NCBI GenBank assembly: GCA_050084515.1
Contig: CM114271.1
Coordinates: 25,234,001-25,298,000 of the forward strand
Source: Blasia pusilla
Taxonomy: Eukaryota
Length of the DNA: 64,000 nt
Reading direction: 5' to 3'
Shown one piece after another: positions 52,595 to 64,000 of this stretch. The position numbers and the translations under genes are program-made. The notes beneath the pieces were generated by a model. The model searched no databases and was not told the origin of the DNA. It saw only the letters and a list, made by a program, of their open reading frames with translations. Within the stretch, counting starts at the first letter, position 1, and every line of letters begins with the position of its first letter.

Positions 52595-55500
52595 CATGGA
52601 GTATTCCTCAACATCAATCACAGGCGAGAAGCTAGATAAGCAGAATTACAATGTCTGGAAGTTTCGCATGAAACAATTTCTCATGGGTCAAGAACTATGG
52701 TAGCTTGTCACAAGTGATGAGGCCAAGCCACAAGGTGATTCAACAGACTTGAATGTTCACGCTTGGAACAAACACGCGAGGCAAGTAATCCACTTCATTT
52801 CAATAACGATCAGTTCGCCAATGATAAGTCACATTCAAGATGTTGATATTATGAAGGAGACTTGGGATGCATTGGAAAAGCTGTTTTAGATATCTACAAA
52901 GGCTAGAAAGCTTCAAGTGAAACAAAAATTGAACGAAGTGAGGAAAGGATCATAGAGCATCAATGATTATATTTTGAGTATCAGACATATTGTTGATTAG
53001 TTGAATAGCATTGGAGAGACAATAGAAGATGATGATGTTATTTTGTTCACTCTTCAAGGCCTTCTAAAGGATTATAAGTCCTTTGAGACCTCTATCTCTG
53101 TGAGAGAGAAGTATCCAACCTTTCAAGAGTTAGTCCCATTGTTAATCAGTGAAGAGATGCGCCTAGTAGGCTGCGATAGCTCGTCTAGTCTACAAAAGAG
53201 TGTGCTATTTGCAGATTATGGATCAAACAGAGGCACGGGTCGTGGCAGAAGCTTCCGTGGTCGTGGTGGATATCAAGCATATGGAGGAAAAGACACTCAA
53301 TATAACGTCACTCAATCAACTACGAACCAATATGTGACACAATCACAAAGTGGTGATGGTGGAAACCGTTGGGGTCGAGGTCAACAACAGAGGGTCCCTT
53401 GATCTTGCAATCACTGTGGGATAAAGGGTCATTATGAAAATTTTTGCTTCAAGAAGAAGATAGATATGAGAATAAGAGCCTTACTGCAAAAAAACTATTT
53501 GGAGCAACAATACCAAGGGCAATATCAAGAACAACAAGATTCACAAATAGAGCATCTCTTGGTCATGACTCATCATATGGGAGCCATGGTCAAGAAAGAC
53601 TCGACAGCATATTGGTACATTGATTCTCGTGCATCAAATCACATGACCTCACAAGCTAAATGGTTCTTTAGTTTGGAGTCGGTGAAAGATCTTGCAATCG
53701 TGCTCACAGGAGATGACACTCAACATCATATCACGTATACCGGTAAAGTTCCAATAGCATCAGATGGTCTTGTGCTCTTGGAAATGTTCTCTATGTTCCT
53801 ACCATTGCAAGAAACTTGATCTCTGTAGAACACATAGTAGAACACGATTATCAAGTGAAGTTTAACGTAGATGGTTGTTTATTGAAATAATGGATGACCA
53901 GACTACGATAGCCAAATGAACTAGATCTGGCAGAATGTTCAAATTAGATGTTTCTATGCTAGAGATTCAAACAACAATGTATGATCAAACCGGCCAACAA
54001 ATCACAGATCTAAATGTTTGGCATAAAAGAATTGGACATATGAATCTTCAAAGATTATAGAGTCTTTCATCATCTAATATAGTAATAGGACTCCCTAAAT
54101 TAGAAAATATTGCTCCGTTAGATGTATGTCCTGTTTGCCAATTTGGAAAACAAGCTAGATTTCTTTTTCCAAAGCAAGATAGAAGAGTATCTAGGATATT
54201 GGAATTGATCCACAGTGATGTGTGGACAACATCACAACATAGCCTTTGTGGTTGCCAATATTTTGTTTCCTTTATTGATGACTTCTCTAGGTATATATGG
54301 GTATATTTTTTGAAAGCCAAGTTAGAGGTATTCTCAGTGTTCCAAACATTCAGAGTTCTAGTAGAAAAGCAGATTGGATAACACATTCTGAAATTGCATT
54401 GTGATGGAGGAGGAGAGTATCTTTCAACAGAGTTTGATGACTATTTATGTCACAATGGCATCCAACGTCAAGTGACTTGCCGTTACACTCCACTACAAAA
54501 TGGAGTGGTTGAGAGGAAGAATCGACATATTGCTGAAGCGGCACGAGCTATGCTGAATGAGAAGAAAATGCCTAAGGTGTATTGGGTAGAGGGTGTAGCA
54601 TGTGGAGTCTTCTTAATCAACCAAACTCTAACAACAAGAGTTCATGATAAGACTCCATTCGAAGTCTTCACAGGAAGTAAACTTGATTTTTCCTTCTTGA
54701 AAGTATTTGGTTCTATTTATTTTGCTCATGTTCCTTCTGAAAGACATCACAAATTAGACCCCAAATCTGAAAGATGTATATTCATAGGCTACGCTGATGG
54801 AAGTAAGGGATATAAGTGCTACATTCCATCCTCTAGGCAGCTTATTATTAGTCGCGATGTTGTCTTTGATGAGCTAAAGTCATGGTATGCTCAATCTGAG
54901 CCTATTCCACTTCTAAACTCGTCTATTGAAGGGGAGAATATGATTGTAAATCAACAGACATTGCCTTCAACTTCCCCAAGTACTAGTGCAACATTAGGAG
55001 AGGTCCTATATTCATCAGTTAAATGTGTGAGTCCATGGACGGGAAGAGTACGTATTCAGTCTATTGACACTAGTCAAAGCTCGAGTCAGGTGTCAAAGGC
55101 ATCTACCTTTGAACAACAACTTCGTCGATCAAGTAGAGTTACACATCCAGTTCATAAATTCATAAATGAAGGTTTCCTTGCGACGCATCATGCATATATG
55201 ATGACTACCCTTCAAGAACAAGAGCCGAGTTTTTTTTGAAGAAGCTGCAAGTAAAGTCAAATGGATTGAAGCTATGGAGGAAGAGCTTGCTACATTAAGA
55301 CATCAACAAACATGGGAGCAGGTTCATATACCTTCTAGTAAGGAAGCTATTGGTTGCAAATGGGTTTATAGAATCAAGTGCAATCAAGATGATATAATTA
55401 ATAGATACAAAGCAAGATTGGTGGCTAAGGGCTATGCACAACAATATGGTATCGATTATAAGGAAAAATTTACCCCTATTGCAAAGATGGCGACTACGAG

Positions 55501-57060
55501 AACAGTGGTTGCAGTTGTAGTAAGTAAGAAGTGGAGATTATATCACATGGACGTCAAGAATGCCTTCTTGAATGGAGATCTATAGGAGGAGGTATATATG
55601 ACTCAACCACCTGGATACACGCATCCCAAGTTTCCATTTTGCGTATGCAGGTTAGAGAAAGCTCTATACGGGCTCAAACAAACTCCAAAAGCTTGGTATG
55701 GCAAGATTACATACCTCCTACAAGAGTTGGGTTTAAGGATATGTGATTCTAACTCCTCGTCATATGTCTTGAGAGGACAAGATCATATGGTTCTCATTGT
55801 GTTATATGTTGACAATTTCCTGATTACTGGGAGTACTAAAGAAATTGTACAACAAGTCAAGCTGAAGTTACAAGCAGAATTTGATATGAAGGACATAGGA
55901 GAACTCAAGCACTTCCTTGATATTGAGTTTATCAAGGTTGGAGAGAGTATGTGGTGACTACAACGACAATATGCTCTTAATATGCTTTCAAAATATGGTA
56001 TAACGGCTTGTAAGCCAATCTCTACACCGTTGGACCAGAGTGTGAAGCTAAGAATGGATGAATGAGAGTTGCTTGTAGATTCTAATATGTACAGGTGTAT
56101 TGTTGGAATTTTGATCTATCTAACTATAACCAGACTAGATTTGAGCCATGCCGTTGGCCTAGTGAGCCAGTTTATGCAAGCACCTCGAAAACCTCACCTT
56201 GATGCTATGAGGAGGAATATGCGGTATGTGAAATTCTCTATTCAATTCTCGCTTCAATTTCAACCTTTTTTGAGTTTTCAATTACATGGATTTACAGATG
56301 CTGATTGGTCAAGAAACGTGTCTGATCGATACTCCACATCTGGTTATTCATTTACTTTCGAAAGCCCAACTTATAGTTGGGCTTCAAAGAAGCAACCTAC
56401 AATTGCTTTATCTTCAATAGAGGCTGAGTATAGAGGAGCAACCAATGCATCATGTGAGGCGGTGTGGCTTCATTGATTACTTGTTGAGATTGGTGTTAGT
56501 AACTTAGGACCTAGTGTAATATATTCAGACAATATTAGTCGCAACAAGCTTGCTAATAACCTTGTGTTTCATGCTCGTACAAAGCATGTTGAGGTGCACT
56601 ATCATTTTATCAGAAGGAAGTTCTTGCAGGAGAAATTAATCTTGTGTATATAGATGGAGATAACCAAATTGCTAACATCTTTACAAAGGCATTATCTAGA
56701 GATAAGTTTGAGATGTTTAGAAATGATTTAGGCATTAGAGCAATCGATATGAGCTTAAGGGGGAATATTGAAGATTGAGTTACAATCAAGCTCATGAGAG
56801 ACCTGAACTGCTACATTTCGTACTCATACGAAGTGGGGAAGCTTAATCTTAGTTAGTCAGTTAAGCGCGATTATCATAACTAGGGTTAGTTAATCACTGC
56901 TAGTCTAACTCGAGACTATGGTTAAGATTAGGGTTAGGGTTTCTTGTACATACCCTATATAATTGAGAAGGGGACCAGCTTCCACTCATTCTCTCATTGC
57001 AAATTTCATTCTCCATGGTGGTATGTGAGTGTGAGAGCCGTTTGCCACCAGTTATGCCTC
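52595..57060 (+). mobile_element. Ty1/copia LTR retrotransposon, decayed, 5' LTR not found
   Basis: Copia domain order: gag (KLDKQNYNVWKFRMK, knuckle CNHCGIKGHYENFC), protease WYIDSRASNHMT, WHKRIGH, integrase (LIHSDVW, CDGGGEY, QNGVVERKNRHI), RT ([33 protein letters not shown]) and RNase H (FTDADW, ALSSIEAEY, RTKHVEVHYHF). PPT AAGGGGGAA at ~56757-56765. The 3' LTR starts at ~56766 and its end is uncertain. Confidence 0.93.
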
Positions 57061-57079
57061 TTTAGAAGTTTTCCACAAA

Positions 57080-57474
57080 GGCAAGGACGACCAAAGCTCT
57101 GCCGCCTCATGCCAAGACGTTCAACAAAGAGAGAATGAGCTCTCAAGCTCTCTCTCTTGGAGGTATACCCCCTTCCCTCTCCCAAGCTCTCTCCTCGGTA
57201 ACCAATGCTCGTAGGTGAACTCCTTGGCTCTTGACCTGTTGTAGGAGGTCAAGGTCCACTTCCCAAAGTGGAAAGTCACCTATACCAAAATGGCAACTTA
57301 CCCAAAATATTATTTTTCTCAGTATGGCTCCAAATGAGCCGAAACGAAGGGGAAACATGCTCTCGTAGGTTACCCGTGGCTTGAGCAGGTCATCCTCGAC
57401 TTCATGAGGTTGTCCTTCAGTGTCCCCGAAGGCGCTCTACTAGATCTCGCCGATCTATCCTAAAAGACGTGACA
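57080..57474. repeat. LTR remnant homologous to 41000-41391; candidate 5' LTR of the DNMT-bearing element
   Basis: Diverged direct repeat (gcaagga.gacca..., ttcaacaaa..gaga, ctcggtaacc, gccgaaacgaa..g.aaacatgctctcg, caggtcatcctc). It ends in GACGTGACA. Confidence 0.7.
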
Positions 57475-59787
57475 AAGGATTCAAAGGAAAATCATGGATG
57501 GATTAACCTTCAACATTCTATGACGGAAAAGCATGCAGATGCACGAATGTGCTTGAACAACTGTTGTGGACGACAAATACAAGTTGTTGCATCCGAGTTC
57601 TTTCCAAAATCTCATCTATCATTCTAACCCTAAATGCAATAGATATAATATACTTAAATTTTCAAGTCATTTAAATTGAAGCCATATAAGGATCAAAGTT
57701 ACATTCAAAGAGTCCAAGTCAAGATTATTCTATTTGAAAAGATTATTTTAATTAAATAAAATAATAAGAATATGTAGGTAAGTCTTAATCATAAAAATGA
57801 TCAAAACTCATATTTTGATGAAAATTGTAACAAGTGAATAATTTTAGGGAAAAGAAATTTTCTTGAACCTCTTACTTGAGTAATTAGAGAAATGTCTATA
57901 CTATTGACAAAGGATTACAACATACTTTCGTAGGATGTTGTAACCTTATGACTTATGTCCAACCTATCGTGTGGTCAATGGTTTCAAACTAACTCCTCAC
58001 ATATTAGTAATTAAGAAGAGGTAGAAGGAGGGAGCAAAATTATTTCTTTTAGAAATGATAAAAGTGAAGGGGATGATATCGCAATTAACTAAGTCTATGG
58101 CGCCCACACTAGCAACGGACCTGAAAAGAGAGTCTTGATCGTTGTTCAAAGGAGGAAAGATTTTGGTGTGACCCACCAAAGTTGTAACCTAGAGTAGCTA
58201 GTCTCGAGACTAGAAAGGGCGAAGGAATTACCCGCGGGAGTAACACTAGGCGAGACACGCACATGTCTTGTCAGTAGCGTTAGGTGAGAAAGGGGTGTAG
58301 GTACTAGTGGGGACAAAACCAAGAAAATCAAGGTTTGAGATCTTGGAACCAAGGGCCAAGTCAAGGGCTAGAAGCAAGGAACACCGAAGTAGTAAAGAAG
58401 GGTGAGACACCATAAGACACAAAGGTCGGCAAGACAACCATGAGATGTGAAACGGGGAGTCAAGACGGGCACTAGCAATGAGACATACGAACGCGGGTCC
58501 GAGCTCCAAGATGCCTTTGGGGAGCGGAGAATTGCAAGAAGCCTCTACCAAGCCATCTTGATGGATAACTAGTCAAACATTTATCAACGAGTCCCTAACC
58601 ATGTTTGGGTTGAGGGCCAAAATCAAGGGCCGGAGGAGGACAATAGGGAAGGTGGGGTTGCTCCAGAGAAGCCTAGAAGTACTTATAGAGTGGGGGGGAC
58701 ACTCTCCCTCTTAACATGATGAAGCCCTTGAACCAGGAACTAACTATGATGCGTGTTTGGTTATGTTTCAGATTTGAGCTAAGAGGCACACCTCGAGGAA
58801 TTAACTAACGCGCTCTAGTTTAGGCAAGTAATTTGGGGAGATTGGTCAAGGCTAAGGGAAGAGGCTTTCGAGGGAGATGCTACGTAGTTGGGAAGACTTG
58901 ACCTGATTAGCGCTTGGCGGCTACTTGGCTATCTACAAAACGTACAACCGGTTGAGTTTTTGGGAATCCAACTAAGTCTTTGAGGTGAAGCTAGGGGAAG
59001 TAGAGATCGGACTCTAGAGCGATGAGGATGTATTTTACTTTTATTAACAAGAGTTTACATTTTAAGAAAAAGATGCGCATGGGGCTATTTTGAATGAAAA
59101 AAAAAGCAAGACATAGATCATGTGGGGAGAATAAGAATTTAAAATAAAATGGAGGAATGCATAAATGAAAGAAGGAGATTTCCATTTTTTCACTAATATT
59201 TATTACTACGAACGTACATACATAAGTATAAGATGAATTAAGAAACCTTTGACCTTTAAGGTTCTCAATACTAAAGCCTCGACACAAATTCAATTTTTTT
59301 TTCTCATTTTGCCTGTAATATTTGAATTTTTTTCTTACGTCCGATTATCACGTGTCAAATATAAAAGATGTTTGCACTCTCCCATATGGTTCCGAATCTT
59401 TTATCGACATCAAGAAACTGATCCACGCACCACGAAACCGTCCGTCTCCGTGGGTCGCCGCATAGTTTGTTTTCCGCGCTGAGGAGGAGTTGGGATGGGG
59501 CGCGCTATGGCGCTGCAGAAACACGCGGTCTAATTGGAGGGAATAGGATAATGCGTTGAGTCCGACGACGTGGCAGTTCCTGTCGATCGGTCCCCACGCA
59601 GCGTTCGCTGCCTCTCGTCACCTATCGAGCCCAAGCGGTGGAGCGGAGGAGTCGAGTGGGAGCAGTGGGACGGAGCGGAGGAGTCGTGTGGGAGCAGTGA
59701 GAGGGAGAGGAGGAGAGATAGGGGGAGGCGGAAGGAATCTGGGAGAGAGGAGACGGCGAGTTGGTTGATTGAGGAAAGCGCGAGGTT

Positions 59788-60114
59788 ATGGCAGCGATCG
59801 CAGCAGCAGGAGCTCTGGGAGCTGCCGCTGCGGTGTGTATCTCTGCGGAGCAGCGACAGTTTGCGAGGGAATTCGAGGGATTGAGCCTGAGACGTGGAGG
59901 GGGCGGTGGTGTTGAGGAACTGGGCTTGAAATGCGGGGCCGGTTTCAGGAGGCGGTGTGGGATTCAGGCCCTGGCAGCGGAAACGGCCGTGGAGGAGGTG
60001 GTGAGCGGAAATGCCCCTAAGCCTCAGCCCAGGTTGAAGAAAATTTACTTAGAGAAGGTGGTACCTGCTCTGAGAGAGGAATTCAAGTATGGCAACGCTC
60101 AAGAGGTGAGCTCG

Positions 60115-60164
<50 letters not shown>

Positions 60165-62075
60165 CCGACTGGGAGTACAAAATCAGTACCTGGTCTTTCG
60201 TCGATCCAGCCACGCTCCGTGCTCCCGCCAATACGTGTGCAACGCGATTGGATGTTCCTCAAAAGGACTTCCTGCGAGAATGCCTGGGGTTTAGGGAAAC
60301 ATCTGCTTGTGCTTGTTGTTTCCAAAATTCGAAGAGGTACCAATGGAGATTCATGCTGTCAACATGGAGATTCATCCTTTCGACTGATGACATTCCTATA
60401 GCACGTCAAGGATATCACTAGTGAATATCCTAGTCGCCTATCTGCAAGAACTTTGAAACCTTAGATAAAGATGTGGAGAGTGAAAAGGCAGTATCACGAC
60501 TTCAAACTAAAGTAAACAGGAACGACTTAATCATTGCAGTTCAACCTGGAAAAATGCCGACCTTTCTCTTCTGAATGTTCATCCTGAATCAGCAGAGCTG
60601 AAGAACTACCTGAGGGGGATTAAATTAACGTCAGGACAGGATCAGGATGGGAACCAAAATCAAAGCAGAGTCCTACACAGTGTGCGAGGAGGGGAATGAT
60701 ACTTCCAGTCACTATCTGGTCCTTTGTGAGAATAATCTTTTAATGCGGGAAGAGTAACAGCCTATTCTGAGATTGTTAAGCTGTTATCACCAAAGCTGTT
60801 TGTCATGTTCAGTAACCTAGTTTCACTGCCCAAATCGACTGCACTAGTAAGTAATGCATTTTTGTGTCCCAATCAGGTAATGTAGAAAGTGTTGTTAAGA
60901 GTTTCTTGTCTGAAACCTGGAAGCTCTCCCAACAGTCTCAATGGTAATTACCCGAACATATAACATGCGAGAGGATCTCTCCTCTCTTTTGGTACTTTCT
61001 TCACTTCTTCCACCTGCACCAATCCCACTGACACTATCTGGAGATGCTATTCACCGAGTGTGGTCTCCAGTTCAAGCCAAAGAACCACTCCACATCATAC
61101 TGACTGTTGCCCCTTAGACGCCGATGCTTGGAGAAATCGCTTCATCCCTACTTCTTTGATCTCCGTCTCTCAGGTTTTTGTGGATAATAATGAGTTTGCT
61201 CATTCATCCTCTCTTCCAAAGGCATTTTTTCCTTCATTTGATGAGGTCGTGCTTGTGATGGAATCGAAATATTGTCCTAGGCTATCTAAACCTCTCATCC
61301 AGGTCATTCAGTTGAAATCCAAGTGTAACCTCAGTCTCAGGGGTTTTGAAACCAAGGATTTTTCAGCGGACCGAAGCTTAGAAACAACACTGCTGGTTGT
61401 GTGACCTGTTGTGGCGGATGTCGCAGGTGCCATTTTTGAAGAAGGTTGTCGTGAACTGCGGTGTTGGAGAAGCGGCCCAAAATGCCAAGTCCTTGGAATC
61501 AACTATTAGGGATTTGGGTCTAATTACAGGTCAAAGACCTGTGACCACGAGAGCTAGGAAGGCTATTGCTGGATTCAAGCTTCGTGAAGGTGTTCCGGTA
61601 GGCGTCAGCCTCACTTTGCGTGGAGAGGTACGCCTGGCTGACCGATTCATGCATCCATTCTTTCATTCTGGAAACTTCTTCGCATGTGCATGTCGTAATC
61701 TCATTGCATCTCTGCTGTCGTTATCTCTCTGTGTAGGTCATGTACTCCTTCATGGACAGGTTGATGAACCTGGCTCTTCCCCGGACACGAGATTTCCAGG
61801 GAGTCAATCCCTACAGCTTCGATGGTAAGGGTAATTACACTCTAGGAATGTCAGAACAGAGTGTTTTCCCGGAGATTCGATTCGAAAACATAGACAGGGA
61901 GCGTGGCATGGACGTGTGCATTATGACGTCGGCCAAGAATGATGTGGAGGGTCAAAAGCTTTTGTCACTGCTCGGAATGCCATTCAAGGAAAGCGTCGGA
62001 GGCAGATCGGCATCTTCTGTCAAAAAGAGCGTTAAGTCGCAGTATAAATCAGGCAAAGGAGGCAGGAGAAGATAG
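59788..62075 (+). CDS. RPL5: 50S ribosomal protein L5 (uL5c), plastid-targeted, 3 exons
   Basis: Exons 59788-60105 (Ala-rich transit peptide, [20 protein letters not shown]), 61427-61627 ([36 protein letters not shown]) and 61737-62075 ([29 protein letters not shown]). Confidence 0.96.
60119..60160. repeat. (CT)~21 microsatellite in RPL5 intron 1
   Basis: Read directly from the sequence. Confidence 0.97.
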
Positions 62076-62846
62076 AACCTCCTATGCTTAGAATTTGCCT
62101 TTGGCTATTGCCTCACTACCGTGGAGCCAAGATACTCGAGGTCCTGACGGTTCTGTACGTCTCCTTACGATTTAACACAACTTCTCGTTCCCGCATTGTG
62201 GAGGTGGACAACGAGAAACATCTGTCTCTGCATCGGTACTGGCGCATGTGATTTTTTTGGGATCATGGTAGAGTTTTCAAGTCTCGGGCGCATGTGCAGG
62301 GACATAACTGAAATTTGTGAAAGCAGGCACGAAGTTCTACTGATTTGTCACCTAACTGATAAAGTCAGGAAAGACTTCTCGCGCAGGAGTGTTAATGAAG
62401 AATGTTTCATTCCATACGCCCCAGTAGTCTACTTCATTTTCATGCTTGCTTTCTTTGCTCTCATCTCAAGAACATTCATTTTCGGGTGCGGCTTACATGG
62501 AAACCCTATGCACGGGATCAGGTTAATAGGTCTGGATTCTGCATCTTTTGTATGTTAAATTTCCAATCTGTGTACTACCGTACTCTAGACATAATCTTCT
62601 GGAGTTCAATTCGCCTCCCAGTCTTGTATATATGAGCATTTTGGTCGACTGAAGGATGATCAACATTCCTATTACTCTCTAACCTTCCATACAGGGAGAA
62701 ACCCTCCAAAAGTCCCTGCACAGTTGTACGAATCGGGTGGGAAGCTATCGGTATTCTATCCCAGATTCTAAATCTTGGTAGAATGAGGCGTGAAATAGTG
62801 TAATCACAATCTTCACATGATGTAGGAATGTGTTTCTACGCCGCCG

Positions 62847-62965
62847 GGACCTTGACTCTGAGCGCATAAATAGTTTGTGTCTGGACGTTCGGATTATTTA
62901 ATCCCAGGACCTTGACTCTGATCGTAGAAGTAGCTTGTGTCTGGACGTTCGGATTATTTAATCCC
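62847..62965. repeat. 60-bp tandem duplication (2 copies); a 25-bp doublet also lies at ~63578-63628
   Basis: ggaccttgactctga.cg...aa.tag.ttgtgtctggacgttcggattatttaatccc x2; tacggattgtgc.catcatctccag x2. Confidence 0.9.
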
Positions 62966-64000
62966 TATGACGAAACGGACATTGAATTTCTGTTCATAGG
63001 AGGCGAGATTACAATTCTTAAATTGAAGCCTAGAGGTCTCACAGGAATGGTAGCGCAATCCAATCTCTTATCACAGCCTAGTTCTCGAATGTAAGGCGCC
63101 CTTTGAAGATTCTCTTAGGCCATACTCTCCCTACGCAAACAGCCTCCAGCAGACCATATAATTTCTCTCTGTAGAATCGGACAGTTTGGGAATGTATGCA
63201 TGCCTCGGAATTCTCTTAGGCAAGGAGTTGAATACTCTAGCTGGTGAAATCCAGCTAGAGTATTCAATTCCGCTCCAATTCCGCTCGCCGTTGGCAGTAC
63301 TCGTGTTGGATGTCCTAATCCGAGTTGAGCCTCATATGACATGAGGGGTTCAGGTGTACTGAGTTGTATGTGACACGAGAGGTTCAAGTGGTGCACAAGG
63401 ATATTGTAATGAGGTTGTGCAAATCCAAATGGTGGCACAAGGGAGATTGCTACAAGGAGGAGATGGAGCAGTGGCGAAGAAGACCCATCTCTAACGTCAA
63501 TTTCATGAAGGATGCCAACTTGTCCTCGTTGCCACAGAGATGTGTGGGGCTATAGGGAAGAGGATTGACTAGTTCCTTACGGATTGTGCCCATCATCTCC
63601 AGTACGGATTGTGCTCATCATCTCCAGTCGAGAAATGAGTTATCACTACCTCATGTTTTTATTGTAGGCAACGAGTCTCCATAGCTTTGCAGCGTGCCCA
63701 AGCTAATGGTCTTTTGCGGCGGGCTCAGGCTATGGGAGACCTTGACGCTAGAGAGGCCCACTTAGTGGTGGTCACGTCTCTCTAGGTGTTGTTGATATTG
63801 TCTCTGCCGTTGGTGAGTTTAGCCGATAGGGGGATGTTCCTTTTTCTTTTTCGTGGCCAGTTGTGGCCTTCACTTACTTGACTCTTTGAGTGCCTCCTTT
63901 TGTTTTATTGTGGGTGGGTTTTCCATTACCCACTTTTATTGAGACTTCTCACCCAGCCGGGATGCATAAATATGTCCACATATGACCACGGTGAAAGAAC

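Noticed and set aside
56928-56941. TTAGGG repeats
   Set aside because: Only two or three units inside the copia LTR, not an interstitial telomere array.
57900-59000. LTR-like sequence upstream of RPL5
   Set aside because: No termini, partner copy or coding domain found in the window.

Overview
Eukaryotic nuclear DNA from a land plant; a non-seed lineage is likely but that is inference only. It holds four intron-containing host genes: organellar t6A synthase GCP1/TsaD (minus strand), CDC48, lipid A 4'-kinase LPXK and plastid ribosomal protein L5. Two islands of decayed, nested transposons separate them. The first (about 10-26 kb) is a Helitron with a solo LTR in its Rep domain, plus a Ty3/gypsy element. 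The second (about 40.7-57.5 kb) holds the most notable feature: a minus-strand Ty3/gypsy retrotransposon whose pol region carries a complete, now pseudogenised, DNMT3-like cytosine-5 DNA methyltransferase domain. Motifs I, II, IV, VI, VIII, IX and X are all readable, and the domain lies between the protease and the reverse transcriptase. The element's integrase also ends in a PHD finger. It is interrupted by a second Ty3 element and adjoined by a Ty1/copia element. Exon coordinates were read by eye and may be off by a few bases.
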